DNA from: Heptranchias perlo
Lineage: Eukaryota
Assembly (NCBI RefSeq): GCF_035084215.1
Contig: NW_027139453.1
Span: 4,898,001-4,962,000 of the forward strand
Direction of reading: 5' to 3'
Length of the DNA stretch: 64,000 nt
Shown piece after piece: positions 38,950 to 53,077 of this stretch; positions within the stretch are counted from its first letter, which is position 1, and each line of letters begins with the position of its first letter. A model generated the notes under the pieces. It was given only the letters and a program-made list of their open reading frames with translations, had not been told where the DNA came from and made no database searches. A program made the position numbers and the translations under genes.

Positions 38950-41700
38950 TTTAGTTTAAAAAATCTATCAATCTCAGATTTAAAATGAGCAATTAAGAGA
39001 GCATCAATTGCCATTTGCGGAAGAGAGTTCCAAACTTCTATTACACTTCGCTGTAGAAGTATTTCCTAACGTTAGTCGTGAAAGTCTTGGCTCTAAGTTT
39101 GAGATTATGTCCCCTGGTCCTGGACTCACCAACCAGCAGAAATTGTTTCTATCCTATCAGCTCCCCTTAATATCTTGAAAACTTCGATCAAATCACCCCT
39201 TAAACTTCTAAATTCCAGGGAATTCAAAGGTAGTTTGTGAAATCTCTCCTCGTAATTTAACCCTTGGAGTCCTGGTGTCATTCTAGTAAATCTACGCTGC
39301 ACTCCCTTCAAGGTCAACGTGTCCTTCCTAAAATGCGGTGCCTAGAACTGAACACAATACTCCAGGTGTGGTCTGAACAGGGCTTTGTATAGCTGCAGCA
39401 TAAATTCTACCCTTTTGTATTCTAGTCCTCTCGATATAAAGGCCAGCATTCCATTAACCTTTCTGATTATTTCCTGTACCTGTCCATGAATTTTTAATGA
39501 TCTATGTGCATGGACCCCAAAGTCTCTTTCGACCTCCACTGCTTCGAGCTTTCCGCCATTGAGAAAGTAGTCTGATCTCTCCTTTTTAGATCCAAAGTGG
39601 GTGACCACACATTTGCCTGCACTGAAATCCATTTGCCAAAGTTTTGCCCATTCACTGAAACCATTAATTGCTCTCTGTAATTTTATGCTTCCATCTACAC
39701 TGCTTACAATGCTGTCTGTCTTTGTGTTATCGCCAAACTTGGATACGCGGCTCTCTCTCCTGTCATCCAAGTCGATAATAAATACAGTGAATACTTGATG
39801 CCCAAACATCGATCCCTGTGTGACACCGCTAGTCATACCCTGCCAACTTGAGCACCTGTCCATTATCCCTACTCTCTGTCTCCTGCAGCTCAGCCAATTT
39901 TATAACCACATCAATAATTTATGCTCAATTCCATGAGCTTCAACTTTAGCTAACAGCCTCTTACGAGGGGCTTTACGAAAGCCTTCTGGAAATCCAAATA
40001 AACAACATCCATTGACATTCCGCTGTCTACTACTTTAGTCACCTATTCAAAAAACTCAATCAGGATCTTCAGGCATGTGCTATCGTTTACAAATCCATGC
40101 TGGCTCTTTCTGATCAGCTAAATATGTTCAATTTGTTCACTCACTCTATACTTAATTATAGAATCAGGTAATTTGCTAGGCTAACTGGTCCAAAGTTCCA
40201 TAATTTCTCTCTCTCGCCTTTCTTAAATAATGGAGTGGCATGTGGAAATTTCTGATCTAAGAGAACGGTTGAATAACCGAGAGAAGTTTTGAAGATTATA
40301 GTTAGGGCATTTGCAATGTTCTCACCTATTTCTTTTGAACCTTGAGATGGAAACCATCTGGTCCTGGGAACTTGTCACTCTTTTGTGCCATTAATTTCTT
40401 CATTACTGTTAATTTGCTTACGTTAAATATGGTGAGTCCCCGTCCCCGATTCAAAATTAGTTGCCTTGGGGATCTGGCATCTCTTCATCAACTGTAAATA
40501 CTGATGCAAATTAATTATTTACCATGTCCGCCGTTCCCTTATTTTCCTTTGCAATATCAACTATATCCGCTTTCAATGGACCCACATTTCCTTTGAAAAC
40601 CGTCTTATTCCGAATATAATTGTGAACATTTTTGTGTGGATTTTGATATCCCTTGCAAGTTTCTTTTCATTCTCCCTTTTTGTAGCTCCCACTATATGTG
40701 TTGTCACCCTTTGCTGTTTTTCGTATCTCTCCCAGGCGCCAGGATCTGTGTTATTGTTTGCATTTTTGTACGCTTGTTCTTTCAGTTTTATGTTGTCCAT
40801 TACCTCTTCTTTCGTGCATGGCTGATTTTTTGTCAAGTAAAGCTCTTGACCATTGGGTGTAATCTGGTTCTGTATCATGTTAAATTATTTCATGAACACC
40901 GCCCACTGATTTTCTGTCGTTTTACCCATTAACAGATTTGCCCAGTTTACTGTGGACAGCCGCTGACTCATCCCGTTGAAGTTGGCCTTACCTAAATTCA
41001 GAATCTTAGTAGCTGACACGAGTTTCTCCCTTTCAAACAGAACATTGAACTCCATCATATTCTGATCACTATTTGATAAATATTCAGGCACCGTTAGGCT
41101 GTTAACTAAATCTGGCTCATTACTTAATGTTAAATCTAATATGGTCTGTCCCCTTGTTGTTTTCAGGACATATTGTTGCAGAAAGCTGTCCTGAACACAC
41201 TCAAGAAATTTGCTACCTTTCTGACATGAGCTCGTCTGCTTATCCCAATCACTATGAAAGAAAAATCACTCACCTGCCTTTGCTACATGCATGTCTAATC
41301 TCTGCATTTATACATTCTGCCATTTCACAGCAACTACCAGAGGGACGATACACAACTCTCACTGCAGTCGTAAATATTTTCCTATTTCTTAATTCTACCC
41401 ATAAAGTCTCGACTGCCTGCTTACCTCTCGTTATATCCTGTCTTATCATTGAATTAATTCGGTCCTAACTCACTGGGCTATTCCGCCACTCTAACAGTTT
41501 TTCTATCCTTCCTACAGACTTGATAACCTGGTGCATTCATTTCCCAGTCTTTATCGTCCTGCAGCCATGTCTCAGTAATGGCTACCGTGTCATACCCTGT
41601 AAGTTGAATTTCTGCCTGCAATTCGTTCAACCTGTTCCTTATACTCTGTGCGTTTGCATAAAGAACGCTTATTTGGGTCCCATACCGTAATTGACTGCCT
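38950..41700 (-). mobile_element. Long degenerate CR1 LINE ORF2 (endonuclease to RT to 3' end)
   Basis: Endonuclease-like start, SGVTQGS.FG..F..FI.DLD, RPHLEYCVQF; many frameshifts. Confidence 0.85.
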
Positions 41701-42469
41701 TCTGGAAGTCGACATAAACATTCCCCTGTCCATTACTTTAGCCACGACTTCAAAACATTCAATTAGGATCGTCAGGCATCTGCTGTCCTTTGCAAATCCA
41801 TGCAGACTCCCTTTGCTTCTGCTCTAATGTTGTTTTTCTCATTATTTCTTATTTCTCTCCCCTAATATAATTACTTTACATCTTTCAGTTTTTGCGTTGT
41901 TTGTAGTGCATAATTTTTAACTTTCCTACTCGTTTCCTTTTCGTTTGTTTTTGAATTATCATTTTTACTACCTTTTCCACCTGACCGCTCCCCCTCCACA
42001 TTTACAAGTTTAAAGTCCTTGTGACCGCCCTATTTATCCTTTATGCTGGGTCATGGTGCCAGCCTGGTTAAGGTGGTGTCCGTCCCAACGGTACAGTTCC
42101 TTCCTGTCCCAGTACTGATGTCATTGTCGCATGAAATGTTGCCACTCTTTCTCTTATCACTCCTTCAGCCACGTGTTCACCTCGCTAATCTGCTTATCCC
42201 CATGCCAATTTGCACGTACCTCGGGTGATAATCCAGCGATTATTGCTCTTAGGACCTCATTATTTGAACCATATTCTGTTCGCAATTATATATTGCGATA
42301 AGTACATCAAGAGAAGGCATTTACAGGGCAATGCGAATAGGGCAGAAGAGTGGGTCAAATTGGATAGCTGTATCAAACAGGAACGTTGCGGTGAATGGCC
42401 TCCTTCGATGCTGTATCATACTATGATACAATGACACAATGACACTATTTGAAGCAATGCAAATGTAAC

Positions 42470-45400
42470 AAATTAAGAACATAAGAACATGCGAAATAGG
42501 AGCAAGAGCAGAGCATGCAGCCCCCGAGCTTGTTTCGCCATTAAATAATTTCATGGCTGATCTTCGACCTCAACTCTACTTTCCAGCCTGTTCCCCACAT
42601 CCCTTCATTCCACGAGAGTTTAAAATTCTATCGATCTCAGTCTTGAATATATTCAACTACTGAGTATACTGAGCTTCCACAGCTCTCTGGGATAGAGAAC
42701 CCCAAAGATTCACAACCGTCTGAGTGAAGATATTTCTCCTCATCTCAATGCTAAATGGCCAAGAACTTACCCTGTGACAATGATCCTCAGTTCTAGACGC
42801 TCCAGCCAGGGGGTACAGCCTCTCAGCGTCTACTATGCTAAGCATTCTTGCAATCTTATATGTTTCATTGAGATCATCTCTCATTCTTCTAAACTCGAGA
42901 GAGTATAGGCCCACTCAATCTCTCCTCATGTCACAACCCTCTCATCCCAGGAATTAATCTCGTGAACCTTTGTTGCACCGCCTCAAAAGCAAGTATATCC
43001 TTCCTTAGATAAGGAGAGCAAAACTGTACGCAGTTCTCCAGGTGAGGTCTCATCAAAACCCTGTACAAATGCAGTTAGACTTCCTTACTCTCGTATTCCA
43101 CCTCCTTACAATAAAGGCCAACATACCATTTGCCTTCCTAATTGTTTGATGTACCTGCATGTTACATTTCTGTGTTTCTGGTACAAGGACATCCAGATTT
43201 CTCTGAACACCAACATTCAATAGTTTCTCATCAATTAAAAATATTCCGTTTCTCTAGTCTTCCTACCAAAGTAAATAACTTCACATGTCCCCTCATTATA
43301 CTTGTTCTGCCACCTTCTTGGCGACTCAGTTAACCTGTCTATTTCTCTTTGCAGAGTCTTATTGTCCTCCTCACATTTTACTTTCCCACCCAGCTTTGTA
43401 ACGTCAGTAAACTTGGATAAATTATTCTCGGTTCCTTCATCCAAGTCATAAATATAGATTGTAAACAGCTGAGGCCCAAACACTGATCCTTGCGGTGCTC
43501 CATTAGTTACAGCCTGCCAAACTGAAAATGACCCTTTTATTCCAACTCTGTTTTCTGACTGTTAACCAATCCCCTATCCATGATAATATAGTACCCAAAA
43601 ACCCAAGAGCCCTTATGTTATGTACCAACGTTTTGTGTAACAGCTAATGGCTTTTGAAAATACAAATATACGACATCTACTGGTTCTCCTTTTTTTATTC
43701 GTTCATGGGATGTGGGCGTCGCTGGAAAGGGGGGCATTTATTGCCCATCCCTAATTGCGCTTGAGAAGGTGGTGGTGAGCCGCCTTCTTGAACCGCTGCA
43801 GTCCGTGTTGTGAAGGTTCTCCCACAGAGCTGTTAGGAAGTGAGTTCCAGAATATTGACCCAGCGACGATGAAGAGACGGCGATATATTTCCAAGTCAGG
43901 ATGGAGTGGGAATTCGAGGGGAACGTGCAGGTGGTGTTGTTCCCATGTACCTGCTGCTCTTGTCCTTCTAGGTGGTAGAGGTCGCGGGTTTGGGCGGTGC
44001 TGTCGAGGAAGCCTTGGCGGGCGAGATGCTGCAGTGCATCCCCATGGATTTTAGACACTGCAGCCACAGTGCGCCGCTGGTGAAGGGAGTGAATGTATAG
44101 GGTGGTGGATGGGCTGCCAATCAAGCGGGATGCTTTGTCCTGGATGGTGTGGAGCTTCTTGAGTGTTGTTGGAGCTGCACTCATCCAGGCAAGTGGAGAA
44201 TATTCCATCACACTCCTGACTTGTATATTGTAGATGGTGGAAAGTCTTTGGGGAATCAGGACGTGAGTTCCTCGCCGCAGAATACCCAGCCTCGGACCTG
44301 TTCTTGTAGCCATAATATTTATATGGCTGGTCCAGTTAAGTTTCTGTTGAATGGTGACCCCCAAGTCCTTGATGATGGGGGATTCGGCGATGGTAATGTC
44401 ATTGAATGTCAAGGGGAGGTGGTTTGACACTCTTTTGTTGGAGATGGCCATTGCCTGGCGCTTGTCTGGCGCGAATGTTCCTTGTCACTTATGAGCCCAA
44501 GCCTGGATGTTGTCCAAGTCTTGCTGCATGCAGGCTCGGACTGCTTCAGTATTTGAGGGGTTGCGAATGGAACTGAACACTGTACAATCACCAGCGAACA
44601 TCCCCATTTCTGACCTTATGATGGAGGGAAGGTCATTGATGAAGCAGCTGAAGATGGTTGGGCCTAGGACACTGCCCTGAGGAACTCCTGCAGCAATGTC
44701 CTGTGTCTGAGATGAATTGCCTCCAACAAGCACTAACATCTTCCTTTGTGCTCGGTATGACTCCAGCCACTGGAGAGTTTTCCCCCTGATTCCTATTGAC
44801 TTCAATTTTACTACCGTTCCTTGGTGCCACACTTGGTCAAATGCTGCCTTGATATCAAGGGCAGTCACTCTCACCTCACCTCTGCAATTCAGCTTTTTTG
44901 TCCCTGTGTGGACCAAGGCTATAATGAAGTCTGGAGCCGAGTGGTCCTGGCGGAACCCAAACTGAGCATCGGTGAGCAGGTTATTGTTGAATAAGTGCTG
45001 CTTGATAGCACTGTCGACGACACCTTCCATCACTTTGTTGATGATTGAGAGTAGACTGATGGGGCGTTAATTGGCCGGACTGGATTTGTCCTGCTTTTTG
45101 TGCACAGGACATACCTGGGCAATTTTCCACATTGTCGGGTAGATGTCAGTGTTGTAGCTGTACTGGAACAGCTTGGCTAGAGGCCGAGCTAGTTCTGCTT
45201 ACTAATCTTTTTGGCAACTTTTTAGGCCTCTTCGCTTCAAGCTAATACTATCCTTAGCTTCTCAAGTTCGCCACGGTTGGATCACTCTTCGCGGGAATGA
45301 TGTTATTCCTCAAGGGAATGGATACTCCTTCAAAATTATGAAATATTTCTTTAAATGTTCGCCATGGCTATTTGCCATCATAACTTTTCATCTAATTTCC

Positions 45401-45680
45401 TAATTAATCTTGGCCAACTCGCCCTTCATACTTATGTAATTGACTTTATTTAAGTTTAAGACTCTAGTTTCGGACTTAATGATTTCTCTCTCGAACTCAA
45501 AGTGAAATTCTGTCATATTATGACCACTCTTCCCCAGTCGATCCCTTACTATGAGATTACTAATTAACCCTGTTTCATTGCACCAGAGGAGGTATAAAAT
45601 AATTTATTCCCTGGTTGGTTCCACGATATATTGTTGTAGGAAACTGTCCCGAATACATTCCAAGAACTCATCGTACAAAC
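42470..45680 (-). mobile_element. CR1 LINE with a second LINE (43695-45195) nested inside
   Basis: Outer GPQLFTIYIYDLD; inner QFGFRQDHS, ALDIKAAFD, GVPQGSVLGP, FAGD. Confidence 0.82.
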
Positions 45681-47181
45681 TATTTATTATTACTTTCCTT
45701 CCCTCGTTCTTTTCCCTTCTTTCTCTCTTTCTGTCTCTCTTTATTTATTTGTTTGCTTTTGTTTATTTTTCTTTCCTTCATTTTTTTTTCTTTCGTGTTT
45801 CTTTTTCTTTATGTTTTTCTTTCATTTATTATTCATTTTTTTCCTTTCTTTCTCCCTTCCTCGTTTTTTCGTTCTCCCTTGTTCTTTCCTTCTCTCTCCC
45901 TCCTTGTTTATTTTTGTCTTTCTCTCTTTCTTTCTTTATACCTTTTTCTTTAACTCTTTTCCTTCTTTTCGATTCTCTTCGTTTCCTTTACTTGACCTGA
46001 CTTAATAAATCACAATATGCAGATTATTCAGTTTCCTTTGCAAATAAAAACAAAGAGTGAAACAAAATAACGTGGGTAGTCATTGGTATCTGGCGTCGCG
46101 AGAAAACAACAGACATAAGGAAGTCTAAGTGTTTTTTTGTGCTAAATGGTCGAGAAGTGATGGCGTTACAGGGACTCGTCGACCTCCTGCATTCTTGCTC
46201 ATTCTGCGCCGAAGCGTGTACTGGTACAGGATACAATGGAGCTACAGCGAACCTAGTGGTTACAACCTGAAACTACAAGCAGCTGGGATTTCAGGCTTTC
46301 CCAGTCTCACCGATTATGTAGATATTTTCAAGTAACATATTGAAATTGATCCGCCTTCCAATTTTCTCCTCTCCTTCAGGTGCTGTCGCTTGTTACATGG
46401 ATTGCGTCGAATATACAGCGCAGAATGAGGCCATTCGACCCAAGAGGTCTATGGTGGTGTTTATGCTCAACAGGAGCCTTATCCCACCCCTCTTCTTCGA
46501 ACCCTATCAGCATGCTCTTCTATTTATTTTACCCTCATGCCTAGCTGCTCCTTAAATACATCTGTAATATTCGTCTCAACCACACAACGTGGTAGCGAGT
46601 TCCACATTCTCACCACTCTCTTGGTAAAGAAGTTTCTCTTGAATTCCTTATTGGATTTATTAATGACGATCTTATATTCATCAACCCTAGTTTCGGTCTC
46701 TCCCACAAATGGAAAACGCTTCACTACCTCGACCCTTTCAAATCATTTTATAATCTTTAAGACCTCTATCAGGTCACCACTCAGCCTTCTCTTTTCCAGA
46801 TAAAAGAGCCCCAGCCTGTTCAGTCTTTCCTGATAGTTATAACCTCTCAGTTGAGGCAGCGTCTCTTGGGCATCGGCAGCAATTATTCACGTGCGAGCGC
46901 AGAGTATGTGCGTTGAAAGAATGTTCGACCGTGGGAAGATGAGGCCGGGGTCAGAGTGTTCTCACCTGACGCCACTTAATGCGCCCACTTTCCAGGAGGT
47001 AGTTCCCCTGATGGCAACAAAGAGAGCCAATTCCTGTCCGTGCCTGTAATTGGCCAAATGCTGCGCACACAGCGGAGATTGAACGGGTGCAGTTCTGCAC
47101 TCAGTCACACGGTGGCACTCCTCTATGACGTCAGTGTTCGAGGGTTTTTGTCAATGCGCCAAATGAACCTGAGTCGCTGTG

Positions 47182-47915
47182 TCCCATCACCGGCCGCACA
47201 GAAATACACCGCCACGCCAATGGGTTCAACACTCTTGATCTTCAGAGTGAATTTCTTATTTTCCATTGTCCGTGTAATGGCAAACCTTTTCTCAAAATCC
47301 TTTTCATACTGAGCGTTAGCACCTTAATAAATCGAGCCGATTAAGACGAAGCCTCCGCCGGCGGACTGATAATACCACAGCATGTTATTGCGAATAGTTC
47401 CGTTCTGAAAACAGTTCAGTTCGGCGGATCCTCGATCGTTAACGCTGAGAAAGCGGGGCCATTGATGCATCACATCGCCCCGGGAAACACCTGGAAACAG
47501 TAATTGGGGAAAGAATTAGGATGCTTTATGTTGCACGTGCGACAATAGATGTGGGAGTTGCTCCGAATTAACGATGGAAATTAAATCTGCCGCCAAATCA
47601 CCTACAAATACCTGGGACAATACAACTTTAAAATAGAACCGGAAAAGCTGCTTTATGGTGCAAATACGGCAAGGTTTCAGTAATATTAATAACAATTATT
47701 GAACAAAAATAACAGATTAAATATTTAACGATCATATCGTTAATAACTAATTGCTTTTATATCACCATGGCGGTGACGTTAATGAATTGCATTATTGAGA
47801 TCATTAATTACACTTTTCTGTTGATCAAGAATATAATAGAACAGTGAATGTCGCTCAATTTTAACATACTCAGCGTCAGAAATAAAACAGCGAAGACCTG
47901 GAAACTGGGTCGCAT
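47182..47915 (-). pseudogene. TRBV: TRBV pseudogene V3 (single nonsense codon): leader 47870-47915, V exon 47182-47490
   Basis: Leader MRPSFQVFAVLFLTL; V exon DVMHQWP...CFQNGT...WYYQ...GSIY*GANAQ...VYFCAAGDG with TAA at 47324-47326; intact CACAGCG-23-ACAAAAACC (47143-47181). Confidence 0.92.
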
Positions 47916-48000
47916 CTTTGCGGGTTTCAAAGACACGTTCTGCTGGTTTTCTTGGCATTTAGGGTGCGACCCAGGGTACATGCAAATAAGCACGTCACAA

Positions 48001-48015
48001 GCGGAAGTGGCGTCA
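48001..48015 (+). promoter_or_regulatory. ETS-CRE-like element of V3 promoter
   Basis: GCGGAAGTGGCGTCA, 86 bp upstream of leader ATG, preceded by CACGTCA. Confidence 0.6.
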
Positions 48016-48418
48016 AAGCAACTATCTCTGTTCCTGTCTTTAAGTTATAATAGAATCAGAGAATTTAACTGTGCATTTTTTTGTTTCTTTCCCTCTTCCT
48101 TCCTTCTTTTCTGCCTTCCTTGTTTCTTTATTGCGTTCTATCCTTTATTTATTTCCCCCTCTTACTTTCTTTTGCTGCTTTTTCCTCTTTTTGTTTCTTT
48201 CCTTCTTTCATTCCGTCTTTTTATCTTTCCTTCCTCTTTCCCAATTCATCCCCCACTTTTGCTTCTCTGCAAATGTCTTCATTTTCTTTTCTCTTCAAGT
48301 TTTTTTCACTCAGAAGCGAGCAGAACATTAAAGGTAGCGAGGAGTGTGAGGCGGCACGTCATCCGACTGTCTCGGTGACAGATTTTGTCAGGGCGCCTGA
48401 TGAGTGTGCGGCACTGTG

Positions 48419-49255
48419 CACCATCACTAGCTGCACAGAAATAATCCGCCGCATTTGAGGGGTTAACGCTCTGAATCTTCAAACTGGACATCTTATCGTT
48501 CATAGTGCGTGTGATTTCAAATCCAGTTTTGAAACCATCATCATATTCAGCTTTGCTGCTTCTGTAAATATACCCAATGATCGTCAGTCCTTGCCCAGCG
48601 GACTGCTGGTACCAGAGCATGCTATTACGGGTTGTTCCATTCTGGTAACAATTTATCTCGGCCTCTCCACCCTGGACAACAGCAATCGAACGGGGCGACT
48701 GATGTATCACATCCGCCAGCCGACAGTCTGAAAAAGAGAAGTGAGATTTTTTTTTAAATCGGATAAAATTCAGCAATTTTCTTCGCTGTTCAACTTTTGG
48801 CCTGGGCGTGTAACTGGCATTGCGGAGCCGCGCCTGAATAACGGGGGGTCGATTCGCAATGGCAGTTATACGATTAAAAATCTGCCCCCATATCTCTGGG
48901 ATTATCGCCAATTTATCAATCGAATTGCAATTATCTTGCAGTTAGGTAAGAAAGAAAAGGATTATTCAAGTTTAATTTATAATAAGAACAATTCATTTAT
49001 CAAAGTCAGTAAAACAGCTAAAATCACATTAAGAGCCCACTAGGCAAAAAGCGTTAAGTTTAAAATAAATTATCGATATTAAATAATTGATTGCACATAC
49101 ATTAATGCTCGATAATAATATTAAGGAATAGCGCTATGAGGTTCAGTAAATATTTTCGATGGAAGATTGATATTAGACTAACACTTGTAATCGTTTAACG
49201 TTAACTTACTCGGCAACAGAAATAAAAGGGCAATGAACAGCAAATAGAAATGCAT
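48419..49255 (-). CDS. TRBV: TRBV gene V4: leader 49210-49255, V exon 48419-48727
   Basis: Leader MHFYLLFIALLFLLP + GTAAGT; V exon DVIHQSP...CYQNGT...WYQQ...YFCAASDG; CACAGTG-23-ACAAAATCT (48380-48418). Confidence 0.95.
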
Positions 49256-50974
49256 CGTTGAAGGCAATGGACGATACAATGCGCCAGATGAGGCCTGACA
49301 GAGATTGCCACGCTGATTCTTAGGCATATGTAAACAGAAACGTCAGAACAAGAAGCTGTGTCAGTAATAGGAAAGAACTTGCATTTATAGAGCGCGTTCC
49401 GCGAACTCGGGCCGTCCCCACGCGCTGCACAGCCAATTGAGTACTTTTCGAAGTTATGATGTAGGAAACGCGGCAGCTAATTTGCAAACAGCAAAATCCC
49501 GCAAAGGGCAGTGTGATAATGATTTCCCTCATCTCCCCATCTGGTCTTTTTGCCAATTACCTTCAATCTGTGTCCTCTGATTACCGAACCTCCTGTCAAT
49601 GGAACTGGTTTCTCCCCATCTACTCTATAAAACCCTTCAAAATTTGAACACCGCTATTAAATTACACCTGAACCTTCTTTTCTCAAAGTAGAACAATGCC
49701 ATTTTTTCTACTCTCTCCCCATAACTGAAGTTCCTCATCCCTGGTTCCATGCTGGTAAATCTCCTCTGCACCGTCTCTAAGGCCTTGTCATCCTTCCTAA
49801 AGGGTGGTGCCCAGAATTGGACACAATTCTCCAGCTGAGTCCTAACCAATGATTTATAAATGTTGAGCATAACTTCCTTGCTTTTGTACTCTATGCCTCT
49901 ACTTATAAAGCCCAGGATCCGATACGCTTATTTAATAGTCTTATCACCTTGTTCTGCTAGCTTCAAAGACTTGTGCTTGTAAACCCCCAAATCTCTCTGA
50001 TCCCGCACTCCTTTTAAAATATGTAGCCATAGCCTCGCACTATCCTATTCTGCCAACGTTCCCCAGCCTAGATCTCGCTCCGCAGAATTTGGACTTCAAT
50101 TCCGGCTTTCTGTGCAACCCTTTCCCTTTACCCACTATTGGTAACAGACCAACCATATTCCCCAAAACAAACTGTATTGATATGGCGCCTTCAGCGTGGT
50201 AAAACGTCCAAAGTGCTTCACAGGAGATGATCAGACACAATTTGTCACCGAGACACAGAAGGAGATAATAGAATAGGTCACCAAAAGATCGGTCAAAGAG
50301 GGAGGTTTTTAGGAGCGCCCTGAGGGAGACGGAGAAGTGTTGGGGTTTTGGAGCGAATTCCAGAGTTCACTGTCGAGGCAGCTGTAAGTACGGCAGCTAA
50401 TGATGGAGCGATTAATATCGGGGATGGGAAAGAGGCCAGAGTTGGAGGAGCGCAGTAATCTCGGACGGTTGTAGGGGCTGGAGGAGGTTACAGAGATAGG
50501 GAGGGGCGAGGCCATGGAGAGATCTCGGAGGGTTGTAGTGCTGGAGGAGGTTACAGAGATAGGGAGGGGCGAGGCCATGGAGAGATTTCAAAACAAGAAT
50601 CAGAATTTTAAAATCAGAAGAAGTCAGAAGAAGGGGCAAAAATAATTTCTTCATTTATCTTATAGTTTCTCTTAATTATTTCACGCCTAACGCTCTTCTG
50701 CACTGCAGCCTTTGGAACTTCAAATACATTTCCGATAAGAAAACAATGTCTGCAAGTTTCAAAGTAGCTGTCCCTGTTATACCAGAGCTCCCTCTAGCGG
50801 TGCTTGATCGAAGATGATTGCATTGAAACCACAGGTCGTGATGGCAATGGTAAAGTGACAGCCTACAAGTATAATGATACCTTATCGTCAGTTTCAATAA
50901 AGAAATTAACTTGTTTGAAATAAAATAATGCTAAAGTATCGGATAGAGGAATGCCATGCACGTTAAGCGTGTGA

Positions 50975-51260
50975 GTCTTATATCAGCAACAGGCGGATAG
51001 ATCTCCGAGTCCTGGGATCGCTGTTGATCCAGTGGAACGTGATATTTCTGACCTGATATGATTGTTCAGACTCGATGAAATAACTGTAGACAATAGAACG
51101 TATGTAAGATATACCTAATTCCGTCCCATCCACTGTACGCTGAATACACCACACCATCTGGTTCAAATCTATGAATTAATTTACGTACCTGGTTTTCATC
51201 CAGGCGAATCAATAAAAGAGCAAAACTACCAATGAGATAAATTTGACAATATTCCAACTA
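50975..51260 (-). pseudogene. Possible highly decayed TRBV relic (V5)
   Basis: Fragments DLNQMVWCIQ (cf. MYWYRQ) and QDSEIY (cf. EDSAVY) in the right order and rough spacing; no convincing RSS. Confidence 0.3.
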
Positions 51261-52919
51261 TATGAATATTATTTTGAAACGTTTCAGGAGGCGCCATCTG
51301 TACAAACGCTTTAGAAATGTTACCCTTAATTATTGGGGTTTCAGGTGGTTTCGAGACCGAACACGTTCAATCACGGGAAAAGAAAGAAACATTTAACGAG
51401 TAAACAATACTTACAAACACATTGGCGTTGATGAATTCGAAGAAAACCAATAATTAAAAGAAAGAAGGAACTTGCATTCCGATCATACCTTTTACGATCT
51501 CATGACGTCCCAATGCGCTTTACATCCAATGAAGTATTTTGATATGTAGTCACTATTGTAATGCAGGAAACGCGGCAGTAATATGCGCATAGCAAGATCC
51601 CACACACATTGATGAGATCTATTTTTAGTAATGTTAATTGAGGGACAAATATTGGCCCAGGACACCGAGGACTACTGCCCCCTGCTCTTCTTCCAATAGT
51701 GGCCCTGAGAACTTTAACGTCCACCCGCGAGGGCAGACGGGGCCTCAGTTTAACATCTCATCCAAAAGACAGGAATCTCCGATTATGCAGCTCTCCCTCA
51801 GTACTGGCCCTTCAAGAGTGCAGCGCACCCTCAGTACTGAGCCTCCGTCAGTGCAGCGTTCCCTCAGTACTGACCCTCCGACAGTGCAGCACTCCCTCAG
51901 TACTGCGCATCAGATAGTACAGCAGTCCCTCAGTACTGACCCTCCGACAGTGCAGCACTCCCTCAGTACTGCCCCTACGACAGTGCAGCGCTCCTTTAGT
52001 ACTCACCCTTCGACACTGCAGCATTCCCTCAGGATTGACCCTCCGTCTGTTAAGCACTCCCATAGTACTGACCATTCGACAGATCAGCACTCACTCAGTA
52101 CTGCCCCTTCGGCATTGCAGCGGTCCCTCAGTATTGGCACCGAAGTCTCGACCTGGAATTGTTGTGCTCGAGTCTTAAGAGTTTCATTCGAACCCACGAC
52201 CCCCTGACACAGAGGCCCGTTGATTTCTGAAGCATTAGAAAGAGGCTGGGGTCCCAGCAGGCTTTTGGTGACCTTTCCCTGAAGTTATAACCTTCCTTCT
52301 TATTCCCAACAAGATAAGCTTTAAATGGGAATAGAGGCAACGTGTACTTCTTTAGTTGTGTAACTTTTATTACATTCAGTTAAGATCAGGACAGAAAAAA
52401 GGCTCCTTTGCATTCCTGCAAACCATATCATGTCTAGAGATAGGCCACAAAATGTTTTGTCACGTCATGACAGGTCACGTTACATGCAGGCACAGCTAGC
52501 AATTCGGAAAGCAAATGGCATGTTGACCTTTATTGCGGGGTGGTTGGAATACAAGAGTAAGGAAGTCTTGCTGCAATTGTACAGAGCTTTGTTGAGACCT
52601 CACATGAAGTATTGTGTACAATTTTGGTCTCCTTATCTAAGGAAATATATACTTGCCATATTGGCGATGCAACGAAGGTTCACTAGATTGATTCCTGGGA
52701 TGAGAGGATTGTCCTATGAGGAAAGTTTGTGTAGAATGTGCTTAAACTCCCTGCAGTTTAGAAGAATGAGAGGTGATTTCATTGAAACATATAAGATTCC
52801 GAATGGGCTTGACAGGGTAGATGCTGGGAAGACCGTTCCCATGACTGGAGAGTGCAGAACGAGGGGTCATAGTCTCATAAGGGATCGACAGAGATGAGGA
52901 GGAATAAGTGGGTGATAGC

Positions 52920-53077
52920 GCCGCGATTGCCGCTGTGGGAAGTATTAGTAAAGAACAGAACCGCTTCTGCCCTCGCCGATACCAAGTGGAACCATGAATG
53001 GAAACAGAGCTTTCCAGTCACAGACCGACCCAGGGTACTCTCGGATCCCGCCATTCCAGCCGTTGTCTTATCAACCT
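52920..53077 (-). pseudogene. Possible truncated TRBV relic (V6) abutting a CR1 fragment
   Basis: TTCAG acceptor then GRSVT...TWYRR.../EAVLFFT (cf. V8 WYRQ...FEALFYS) with frameshifts. Confidence 0.3.

Noticed and set aside
45551-46005. Hydrophobic Phe/Leu/Ser ORFs (also 2628-2942, 47848-48378, 53071-53508)
   Set aside because: Pyrimidine-rich low-complexity sequence
46129-46335. Inverted V relic on plus strand (SVYWYR...YNLKL)
   Set aside because: Motifs too close together, no conserved cysteines, no RSS
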